A stretch of 59,679 nt of DNA from Acidobacteriota bacterium (GTDB taxonomy: Bacteria > Acidobacteriota > Vicinamibacteria > Vicinamibacterales > JAFNAJ01), in contig JAEUQQ010000755.1 in NCBI GenBank assembly GCA_016789685.1, positions 1-59,679 of the forward strand. The letters run 5' to 3'. A model generated the notes under the pieces. That model worked only from the letters and a program-made list of their open reading frames with translations. It was not told the DNA's origin and made no database searches. Of this stretch, positions 44,836 through 53,162 are shown piece after piece (position 1 is the stretch's first letter; every line of letters starts with the position of its first letter). The position numbers were made by a program, and so were the translations under genes.

Positions 44836-46233
44836 ATGCCCGACATCCTGCTCTCGCACGGCTACTTTCTCGGCGAAGACGAGAAGGAGCAGCAGATCAT
44901 GCGGCCCTACCCGCCGCTGGGCCTGCTGTACCTGTCGGCGTTCCTCAAGCGGGCCGGCTTTGCCGTCGAGGTGTTCGACTCGACCCTGCAGACACGCGCC
45001 GCATTGTCGGCCGTGCTCGCGAGCCGGGTGGCACCGGTGCTGGGACTCTACACGACACTGATGTCGCGCCGACCGATCCTCGACATCACGGCCGTCGCGA
45101 AGGCGCACGGGTGGACGGTCGTCCTCGGCGGGCCGGAATCGGCCAACCATCCGCACGAGTACCTCGCCCGCGGCGCCGACGTCATCGTCATCGGTGAGGG
45201 CGAGCAGACGCTCGCCGAACTGCTGCCGGCGATCGCCTCGCACGGCGTCCACGCCCTGCATGACGTCGCCGGCACGATGTTCCGCGACCACGACGGCCGT
45301 GTGGTCTCGACACCGGGCCGTGCGCTGATTGCCGACATCAACGCGATCCCGTGGCCCGACCGGTCGGCCATCGACATCGCGGCCTACGTCGACATCTGGC
45401 GCACGCATCACGGCCGCGGCAGCGTCAACCTCATCACGGCGCGCGGGTGCGCGTACCGCTGCAACTGGTGCAGCCACTCGGTGTACGGCTTCACGCACCG
45501 GCGGCGTTCGGTCGTTGACTGTGCCGACGAGGTCGAGTGGATCCGTGACACGTACCGGCCCGACCAGCTCTGGTACGCCGACGACGTCTTCACGATTCAC
45601 CCCACGTGGCTGATCGATTTCGCCCGCGAACTCGACCGGCGCGGCATCCGGCTGCCGTTCGAGACCATCACGCGCGCCGATCGCATGCTCCGCGACGACG
45701 TTGTCGATGCGCTGGCCGCGCTCGGCTGCTATCGCATCTGGATCGGCGCCGAGAGCGGCAGCCAGCGGATCCTCGACGCCATGCAGCGCGGCGTGACGCG
45801 TGAGCAGGTGCAGCAGGCCTCGCATGCCGCCCGGCGGCGCGGCGTCGAGGTCGGGATGTTCCTGATGTGGGGGTACGACGGCGAGACACCCGACGACATC
45901 GCCGACACCGTCGATCTCGTGCAGCGCGCCAACCCCAACGTGTTCTTCACGACGGTCGCCTACCCCATCGCCGGCACCGGGTACTTCGACAAGGTGCGCG
46001 ATCGCGTCTCGCTGCCCGTCGCGTGGGAGGACGGCTCGGATCGGCTCTACGAGATCGCCGGGCGCCCCGATCGTTCGTACTACAAGCTCGCCGACACCTG
46101 GTTGCGCTCGGCAGTCGAGGCACACCGCACCACCGATGACGCCGGGCGCGCGGCGGCACTGCGCGCAAGCGCCGATGCGGCGCGTTCGGAACTGCGTGCG
46201 CGACACGCCGCAGTGCCAGTCGACGCGCCATGA
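44836..46233 (+). CDS. Cobalamin-binding-domain radical SAM enzyme, paralogue A2
   Basis: Contains RPYPPLGLLYLSAFLKRAGFAVEVFD and ITARGCAYRCNWC. It starts 3 nt after the A1 stop. Confidence 0.9.
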   Translation: MPDILLSHGYFLGEDEKEQQIMRPYPPLGLLYLSAFLKRAGFAVEVFDSTLQTRAALSAVLASRVAPVLGLYTTLMSRRPILDITAVAKAHGWTVVLGGPESANHPHEYLARGADVIVIGEGEQTLAELLPAIASHGVHALHDVAGTMFRDHDGRVVSTPGRALIADINAIPWPDRSAIDIAAYVDIWRTHHGRGSVNLITARGCAYRCNWCSHSVYGFTHRRRSVVDCADEVEWIRDTYRPDQLWYADDVFTIHPTWLIDFARELDRRGIRLPFETITRADRMLRDDVVDALAALGCYRIWIGAESGSQRILDAMQRGVTREQVQQASHAARRRGVEVGMFLMWGYDGETPDDIADTVDLVQRANPNVFFTTVAYPIAGTGYFDKVRDRVSLPVAWEDGSDRLYEIAGRPDRSYYKLADTWLRSAVEAHRTTDDAGRAAALRASADAARSELRARHAAVPVDAP

Positions 46234-47006
46234 CCGGGGCGACCTTCGATGCGATGGCCGGCGACTACGACCGGAACTTCACCGACACGGTCATCGGCCG
46301 CACGATGCGCGAGGTGGTCTGGCGGCGATGCGACGCGTGTTTCGCACCGGGCATGCGCGTGCTCGAGATCAACTGCGGCACCGGCGAAGACGCCGTGTAC
46401 CTGGGCCGCCGCGGCGTACGCGTGCTGGCAACCGACGTGTCGACGGCCATGGTCGAGCGCGCGCGAGCCAAGTCCGCGCTGGCGGGCGTCGGGGCCCTCG
46501 TCGAGACTGCGGCCCTGCGCATCGAGGATGTCGGCCCCGAGATCGGCCGCTTCGACGGCGTCCTGTCGAACTTCGGCGGCCTCAACTGCGTGCCGGATCT
46601 CGCGCGCGCCGCGCTGGGGCTCGCGTCGGTCGTCACCACGGGTGGCGTCGCGCTGCTCACCGTGATGGGACCGCTCGTGCCATGGGAATGGGCGTGGTAC
46701 CTGTCGCACGGCGAATTGACACGCGCCACGCGCCGCCTCACGCCCGGCGGCACGCCGTGGCGCGACATCGTCATCCGCTATCCGCGCCCGGCAGCCCTCG
46801 CGCGCGCGTTCGCGCCGGCGTTCCGCCTGCGGCGCGTCGCGGCGCTCGGCGCGCTGCTGCCTCCGCCATTTGCCGAACACTGGGCGGCGCGCCACCCGCG
46901 CGCCACGCAGTGGCTCGCGCGAACCGAGCGCCGCTTCGATACCCATTGGCCCCTCACGGAACTCGGCGATCACTACATCGCGGAGTTCGAGCGCGTCGCA
47001 CCATGA
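46230..47006 (+). CDS. Class I SAM-dependent methyltransferase
   Basis: Motif I is VLEINCGTGEDAVYL. An ATGA start/stop overlap links it to the upstream gene. Confidence 0.85.
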   Translation: MTGATFDAMAGDYDRNFTDTVIGRTMREVVWRRCDACFAPGMRVLEINCGTGEDAVYLGRRGVRVLATDVSTAMVERARAKSALAGVGALVETAALRIEDVGPEIGRFDGVLSNFGGLNCVPDLARAALGLASVVTTGGVALLTVMGPLVPWEWAWYLSHGELTRATRRLTPGGTPWRDIVIRYPRPAALARAFAPAFRLRRVAALGALLPPPFAEHWAARHPRATQWLARTERRFDTHWPLTELGDHYIAEFERVAP

Positions 47007-48478
47007 CCCGAGGCGCGGAGGCGGCGACCGCCCGCGCGGGCGCGCACGGGGCAGGAACACCGCCACGGCAGAAGGTCGTGCTCTACAACCCGCACGCGCT
47101 CTTCTACACGATGCCCCTCGCGTTGCTGGCCATCGGATCGCACCTCGATCGGGAGCGGTTCGAGGTCGTGATCGTCGATGCGCGCCTCGAAGCGGATCCG
47201 CACGGTGCACTCGCCGCGGCGCTCGACCACGCCCTCTGCGTCGGGGTCACGGTCCTGACCGGTGCCCCGATCCGCGACGCCCTCGACGCCTCGCGGATGG
47301 CGAAGCGGCTCCATCCAACCCTGCCGATCGTGTGGGGCGGCTGGCACCCGTCGATGTTCGGACGCGAGTGCCTCGTCGATCCCGCGATCGACGTCACGGT
47401 GCAGGGCCAGGGCGAGGAGACGTTCGCGGATCTCGTCGATCGCTTCGCGCGCGGCGTGTCGCTCGACGGGTGCGCGGGCATCACGTTCCGCGATGGCGCA
47501 GGCACCACGGTGGCGAACCCGCCGCGCCCGGTGCGTCCCGTCGACGCCTTCGCGCCGCACGACTACTCGCTCATCCCCGTCGAGCGATACTTCGCCCTCA
47601 AGGGCAAGCGGCAACTCGACTACATCTCGTCGCAGGGCTGCAACTTCCGGTGTGCCTTCTGCGCCGACCCGTTCGTGTACGAGCGGCAGTGGGTTGGACT
47701 CTCGCCGGGCCGCATGGTCGACGAACTGGCGTCGCTGTGGGAACGGCATCGCTTCGACGACGTGAACTTCCAGGACGAGACGTTCTTCACGCGGGCAGGG
47801 CGCGTGGAGGCCATCGCGCAGGGATTCGTCGATGCACGCCTGCCCATCACGTGGGCGGGAACGATGCGCGCCGACCAGGGCGTGCGGCTGCCTGAGCCAT
47901 CGCTGGCCCTGTGCAGGCGTTCTGGCCTGCGACGGGCCCTCATCGGGGTCGAGTCGGGATCCGACGAGATGCTGAGGCGCATCAAGAAAGACACGCGCAT
48001 CGCCCAGGTCTTCGAGAGTGCCGAGAAGATCCACCGGCACGGCATCTCCGGGAACTTCCCCTTCATCGTCGGCTTCCCGGGCGAGAGCGACGACTCGGTG
48101 CAGGCCTCGCTCGATGCCGCGAAGCGCCTCCGCGGCATCAGCCCAGACTTCCAGACGCCGTTCTTCTACTTCAAGCCCTACCCGGGCACCGAGATCACCG
48201 AGGCCGTCGTGAAAGACGGGTTCAGCACGGCGCAGACGCTCGACGAATGGGCGGCCTTCGATTTCGTGGGCAACGTGGGAGGCCCCTGGGTCTCTGACGA
48301 GAAGTTCGCCCGGATCGAGCGATTCAAGTACTTCCAGCAGGTGGCGTGGGATCGCGCACCCCTGTGGCGTCGTCCACTTCAGCAGATCGCGAGGTGGCGC
48401 TGCGCCGGGGATCGGTACAGCCTCCCGCTCGAGATGTGGATCGACCGCGCACTCTGGCCGGCGCCGAGGTTGTCGTGA
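47003..48478 (+). CDS. Cobalamin-binding-domain radical SAM enzyme, paralogue B1
   Basis: ATG at 47003 (ATGA overlap). It contains VVLYNPHA...PLALLAIGSHL, PIVWGGWHPSMF and VQGQGEETF. The cluster motif is SSQGCNFRCAFC. Confidence 0.85.
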   Translation: MTRGAEAATARAGAHGAGTPPRQKVVLYNPHALFYTMPLALLAIGSHLDRERFEVVIVDARLEADPHGALAAALDHALCVGVTVLTGAPIRDALDASRMAKRLHPTLPIVWGGWHPSMFGRECLVDPAIDVTVQGQGEETFADLVDRFARGVSLDGCAGITFRDGAGTTVANPPRPVRPVDAFAPHDYSLIPVERYFALKGKRQLDYISSQGCNFRCAFCADPFVYERQWVGLSPGRMVDELASLWERHRFDDVNFQDETFFTRAGRVEAIAQGFVDARLPITWAGTMRADQGVRLPEPSLALCRRSGLRRALIGVESGSDEMLRRIKKDTRIAQVFESAEKIHRHGISGNFPFIVGFPGESDDSVQASLDAAKRLRGISPDFQTPFFYFKPYPGTEITEAVVKDGFSTAQTLDEWAAFDFVGNVGGPWVSDEKFARIERFKYFQQVAWDRAPLWRRPLQQIARWRCAGDRYSLPLEMWIDRALWPAPRLS

Positions 48479-49173
48479 TCTCGCAACGGCTGCGGCCGCG
48501 GTGGTGGGGCCTGTGGCAGACCGCGTTGCTGCCCGCCAGGCGGGCCGTGCTCAGGCGGCGCGTCGGCCGCCTCGTCACCGAGTCGGTCGAAGGCATCGAC
48601 CTCGTCGTGCTGCCCGACGTCTTCAACCCGCGCGTGTTCGGATCGAGCAACTGCCTCGTGCGTGCGGTGCGACAGGCCGCGCCCTCCGCGGCGCGCGTGC
48701 TCGAACTCGGCACGGGCACCGGCGTGAACGCGATCGCGGCGGCCATGCTCGGCTCCGACGTGGTGGCGACCGACATCAATCCTGCGGCCGTCAGGTGCGC
48801 GCGCATGAACGTGACCATGCACGCGCTCGAGGGCCGGATCGACGTGCGACACGGCGACCTGTTCGCACCCGTGCAGGGCGAGACCTTCGATCTCGTCCTC
48901 TTCAACCCGCCGTTCTTCGACGGGAGCCCGGCGTCGGAGCGCGATCGCGCCTGGCGCAGCACCGACGTCCTCGAACGCTTCGGCGCGGGACTCGGCGACG
49001 CGCTGGCGCCGGGCGGCAGGGCGCTGGTCGTGGTGTCGAGCCACGGAGGCCAGCAACGTACCCTCGACGCGCTCGAACGCGGGGGGCTCGTCGTGACTCC
49101 GATGCTCGTCACCGACCACGGCTACGAGGTCGTGACCATCATCGAGGCGCGGAAGCGCACGCAGGCGACGTGA
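48475..49173 (+). CDS. SAM-dependent methyltransferase with NPPF motif (HemK/PrmC-like amino-N methyltransferase fold)
   Basis: GTG at 48475 (GTGA overlap). Motif I is VLELGTGTGVNAIAAA and motif IV is DLVLFNPPFF. Confidence 0.75.
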   Translation: MISQRLRPRWWGLWQTALLPARRAVLRRRVGRLVTESVEGIDLVVLPDVFNPRVFGSSNCLVRAVRQAAPSAARVLELGTGTGVNAIAAAMLGSDVVATDINPAAVRCARMNVTMHALEGRIDVRHGDLFAPVQGETFDLVLFNPPFFDGSPASERDRAWRSTDVLERFGAGLGDALAPGGRALVVVSSHGGQQRTLDALERGGLVVTPMLVTDHGYEVVTIIEARKRTQAT

Positions 49174-50735
49174 TGGGCATGACGGCAACATCGCCTCGCC
49201 ACGTGCTCCTGATCAACCCGCGGATGTGCTCGCGGAACAGCATGCGCCTGCCGCTGTCGCTGCTGGCACTGGCCGCGGCGCTGCCTGACGGGTACGACTA
49301 CACCATCCTCGACGGCAACCTGCTCGGCCAGGACGTGCTGCTCGAACGCATCCAGGCAACGCTCGCGAAGGCGCCGCGCGCGTTCGCCGCCGTCAGCGTC
49401 ATGCCGGGGCCGCAGGTGGGCCCGGCCTGCGAAGTCAGCGCGGCGATCCGCGGGGCGCGACCCGACGTGCCCATCGCGTGGGGCGGGTACTTCCCGAGCA
49501 TGTATGCCGAGGCGGCGATCAACGCGCCGTACGTCGACTTCGTCGTTCGCGGACAGGGCGAGACGACGCTGGCGGCGCTGCTGGCGCGCATCGAGGGCAC
49601 CACGCCAGGTGGCCCCCTCGACTCGGTCACCGACCCAGGTGCGGTGATGGACATCGCCGGGGTCACGTGGAAGCGGGGCGGGAGCATCGTCCACAACGAC
49701 GCACGCCCGTTCGTGTCACCCGACGTCTTTCCCGCGTATCGCTACGACCGTCTCGAGCAGGTGGATGCCTACCTGCGGCCGACGTTCCTCGGAACCCGGA
49801 CGGCGGTCCACCAGGCCGCGACCGGATGCCGCTACCGCTGCACGTTCTGCGGCGTGGTCTCGCTGTACAACGGCCTCACGAGGCTGCAGGGGCCCGCGCG
49901 GCTGCAGGCGGCGGTGCGCACGCTGCGCGACCGGCACGGCGCCAACGCCATGCAGTTCTACGACAACAACTTCTTCGACAGCGAGGCCGCATCGACCGAA
50001 CTGCTCGAGGCGCTCGTGCCGGTGGCGATGCCGTGGTGGTGCTATGCGCGGGCCGACACGATGGCGGCGTTTGCCCCGGCGACGTGGGACCTCGTGCGGC
50101 GCAGCGGGTTGCGCATGGCGTACATCGGCGCAGAAGCGGGCAGCGACGAGGCCTTGCGCGCGATGAAGAAGGGCACACGGGTCGAGCACACGATCGAGGT
50201 CGCGGCTCGCTGTCGCGAGGCGGGCGTCATCCCGGAGTTCTCGTTCGTGCTCGGCGGCCCAGATGACCCCGAGGGCGCCATCGAGCAGACGCTGGCGTTC
50301 ATCCGCCGCGTCAAGGCCACACACCCCGAGTGCGAGGTCATCCTCTACTTCTACAGCCCCACGCCGCAGCGTGACCGTGCGTTTGCCGATCGGACGGTCG
50401 CGCTGCTGCCGCACTTGTCGACCTACGGACCCGGGGGGCCCGCGCTGCCGACGACGCCCGAAGAATGGGCGACGCCGCGGTGGGTGCGATACGTGTGTCA
50501 CCAGGACGCGCCGTGGCTCAGCCCTCGGACGCGAGAGCGAGTCGCCGACTTCGCGCGCGTGCTCGGATGCCGATTCCCGACCGTGCAGGATCACCGCACG
50601 CCGCGGTGGGGCAAGGCCGCCCTCGCATCGCTCGCGTGGTGGCGATACGCCAGCGGCGTGTACGCGCACCCGGTCGAGCTCGACATCGCGCGGCGACTCA
50701 TCCCCCTCAAGGAACCGCAGGTCGACGGGCTGTAA
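49173..50735 (+). CDS. Cobalamin-binding-domain radical SAM enzyme, paralogue B2
   Basis: ATG at 49173 overlaps the upstream TGA by 1 nt. It contains VLLINPRM...PLSLLALAAAL, PIAWGGYFPSMY and VRGQGETTL. The cluster motif is ATGCRYRCTFC. Confidence 0.85.
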   Translation: MGMTATSPRHVLLINPRMCSRNSMRLPLSLLALAAALPDGYDYTILDGNLLGQDVLLERIQATLAKAPRAFAAVSVMPGPQVGPACEVSAAIRGARPDVPIAWGGYFPSMYAEAAINAPYVDFVVRGQGETTLAALLARIEGTTPGGPLDSVTDPGAVMDIAGVTWKRGGSIVHNDARPFVSPDVFPAYRYDRLEQVDAYLRPTFLGTRTAVHQAATGCRYRCTFCGVVSLYNGLTRLQGPARLQAAVRTLRDRHGANAMQFYDNNFFDSEAASTELLEALVPVAMPWWCYARADTMAAFAPATWDLVRRSGLRMAYIGAEAGSDEALRAMKKGTRVEHTIEVAARCREAGVIPEFSFVLGGPDDPEGAIEQTLAFIRRVKATHPECEVILYFYSPTPQRDRAFADRTVALLPHLSTYGPGGPALPTTPEEWATPRWVRYVCHQDAPWLSPRTRERVADFARVLGCRFPTVQDHRTPRWGKAALASLAWWRYASGVYAHPVELDIARRLIPLKEPQVDGL

Positions 50736-50750
50736 GCGGAGGGTCACGCG

Positions 50751-51887
50751 ATGCGCATCGGTCTCGTCATCCCGGGTGGCCTCGACGCGACCGGCGCCGA
50801 GCGCAGCATTCCCGCACTCGAATGGCTGGTGGCGCGCCTGGCGCGTCGGCACGTCGTCGAGGTGGTGTCGCTGAGGCAGGAGGCGGCGCCGCGGAGCTTC
50901 GACGTGCACGGTGCGCACGTGCACGACCTCGGCCTGGCGGGGCGTCGTGGCCCTGGAGCCGTGGCATCGGCCATGGCCCGCGCGGCCGCCTGGCTGTCTC
51001 GGCGCGAAGCGGTCGACGTGTGGCATGGGCTGTGGCTCGGCACGCCGGCGGCCATCGCGGTGGCCGCGGCCGCATGGCAGCGGCGTCCGATGGTTGCGAG
51101 CATCATGGGCACGGAGTTCGCCGACGCGCCTGGGCAGCCTGCGCGCTCGAGTCCCGGCCGCGCGCTGGCGCGCTGGACGGCACGGCGGGCAGCGCGTGTG
51201 ACGGCAGGCTCGACGTTCCAGGCGGCGCAGGCGCAGCGGCACGGAATCCGCTGCACTGTCGTACCGTTGGGCGTTCCGCGCGAGTGGTTCGGCGACGCTC
51301 CGCGGCGGGCCCGCGGCGGGCAGCGGTTGCTGCACGTGGGCGACCTCAATCGCTGGAAGGACCAGGTGACGCTGCTCGATGCGTTCGCGATCGTGCGGGC
51401 GCACCATCCAGGCGCGCATCTCGACATCGCGGGCATCGACACACTCGACGGCGCGATCCAGCGGGCGGCGACGGCCCGCGGGCTCGACGACGCCGTCACC
51501 TTCCATGGCAAGGCCGGGCGCGACGCGGTGCGCGCGTTGTGCGTTGACGCCACCCTGCTCGTGATGTCGTCGCGGCACGAGTCGCAGTGTGTCGCGGTGG
51601 TCGAAGCGGCAGCGGTCGGACTGGCGACGGTCGGGACTCGCGTCGGCCTCATCGCAGATGGCGACGCGGCGTGGACGCAGGCGGTGCCGGTGGGCGACGC
51701 ACCGGCCCTGGCGGCAGCCGTGTGCACGCTGCTCGACGACGACGCGCGCCGCCTGCATCTCGGCACCACCGCGCACGCATGGGCCGCGGCACACGACGCC
51801 GACTGGACGGCGTCGCAGTTCGAGGCCATCTACGCCGACGCGATCGCGCGCCACCGGCCTGGCACCGGAGGCGCCGCGACGTTCTGA
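50751..51887 (+). CDS. GT4-family (GT-B fold) glycosyltransferase
   Basis: GGAGGG Shine-Dalgarno sequence. The N-terminus is MRIGLVIPGG. The C-terminal part, SSRHESQCVAVVEAAAVGLATVGTRVG, resembles the EX7E region of GT4 enzymes. Confidence 0.8.
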   Translation: MRIGLVIPGGLDATGAERSIPALEWLVARLARRHVVEVVSLRQEAAPRSFDVHGAHVHDLGLAGRRGPGAVASAMARAAAWLSRREAVDVWHGLWLGTPAAIAVAAAAWQRRPMVASIMGTEFADAPGQPARSSPGRALARWTARRAARVTAGSTFQAAQAQRHGIRCTVVPLGVPREWFGDAPRRARGGQRLLHVGDLNRWKDQVTLLDAFAIVRAHHPGAHLDIAGIDTLDGAIQRAATARGLDDAVTFHGKAGRDAVRALCVDATLLVMSSRHESQCVAVVEAAAVGLATVGTRVGLIADGDAAWTQAVPVGDAPALAAAVCTLLDDDARRLHLGTTAHAWAAAHDADWTASQFEAIYADAIARHRPGTGGAATF

Positions 51888-51918
51888 ACCTGGTCGTTGC
51901 CCCTCGCGACAGGAAGGG

Positions 51919-53013
51919 TCACGCGTGGGCGCGGCGATCGCCCCACGAGCGGCGCACGCGGTCGAGCACGCTGCGGGGAGATCGCGCGAGCAGGAGTTCG
52001 CCGCCAAGCGTCGACAACCGATACGGGTCGCCACGCAGGAGGCCGGGGCGCGACAGGATGACGCGCTGGCGCAGGCCCGTGGGGGGCTCGACGTCGCCAT
52101 CGTCGAGCCAGGCCGGAGCCAGCAACCCGGGCACGTCGCGCGACAGCAGGTGCACCACCGCCCACGCCGCATCGCCGAGCCGCTCGCGCACGACCGCGCG
52201 CGTCGGGGCGTCGCCCGCAACGAACGCGAAGTCGAGCAACTGCGCCAGGCGCATGCCGCGATCGAGCATCGCCGCCGAGGCGTGGAGGAAGAGGTGCAGC
52301 GCCAGGCCGGCCTCGCCCGGCACGACGGCCGGCACCGTCGCCATTACCTGCCCGGCCCGAAGGTCTGCCCTGAACGCGTCTGTGACATCCACGTCGGCAC
52401 CGAACACGCGATCGGTGATGCGGGTATGCAGTTCGACCGGACGCGGGTGCTCGGCGTGCTCGCCCGCCACGGCCATCAGAGACTCGTCGGGCCGGCTGAA
52501 CACCCAGTGCCGGCCCGCCTTGATTTCGCGGGTGTAGCCGCGCTCTGCAAGCACGCGGCGCCACGCGCCAAGGTCCTCGTCGCCAACGAGCAGGTCGACG
52601 TCAGACGATGGCCTGAGCGCCGGCGATCGGTAACGCTCACTGCGGAGCCACGAGCCTTTCAGCGGCGTGAACGGCAGCCCAGCGACCGCCGCCGCCTGCC
52701 CGAGAGCGCGAATGTCATCGGTCAACCGCTCGGCACGGCGCGCGATCTGGCACGCCTCCCGTGTGATGAGGTCGCGGAGGTCATCGCCAAGGGCATCGAC
52801 ATCGGGCAACGCCACGAGGTGCCCCGCGACGCCGTGCACGCCCACGGCCAGTCCGATGTCGTCGGGCCCGGCACGGCGCCGCGCGATCGCCTCGCACAGG
52901 GGAGCGATCGTCCCCTGCACCACGGCCGCCCCGAGCGCGCGCGACAACCCGGCATAGACCGGCCCGCGCATGCGTCGCTCGAGGGCCCGGCGAGACGTCC
53001 AGTCGATGGGCAT
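51919..53013 (-). CDS. Uncharacterised nucleotidyltransferase family protein (NTP_transf_5-like)
   Basis: The motifs LPFTPLKGSWL...RPSSDVDLLV...W..VL...GY are typical of the family. The start is either the ATG at 53013 or the GTG at 53076. Confidence 0.6.
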   Translation of the reverse strand: MPIDWTSRRALERRMRGPVYAGLSRALGAAVVQGTIAPLCEAIARRRAGPDDIGLAVGVHGVAGHLVALPDVDALGDDLRDLITREACQIARRAERLTDDIRALGQAAAVAGLPFTPLKGSWLRSERYRSPALRPSSDVDLLVGDEDLGAWRRVLAERGYTREIKAGRHWVFSRPDESLMAVAGEHAEHPRPVELHTRITDRVFGADVDVTDAFRADLRAGQVMATVPAVVPGEAGLALHLFLHASAAMLDRGMRLAQLLDFAFVAGDAPTRAVVRERLGDAAWAVVHLLSRDVPGLLAPAWLDDGDVEPPTGLRQRVILSRPGLLRGDPYRLSTLGGELLLARSPRSVLDRVRRSWGDRRAHA

Positions 53014-53162
53014 GAGGCAGGCGCGAAGCTTAGCACCGCACTGGCGACTCCGTGGATAATGCCCATCCCGGCGCACGAGCGGGAGGAGGAGAGTCAGACC
53101 ACCGTGACAGCAACGCGCACGGCAGAACGACGGCCGGCCTTGCCCGCGTGGCGCTGCCCGTC

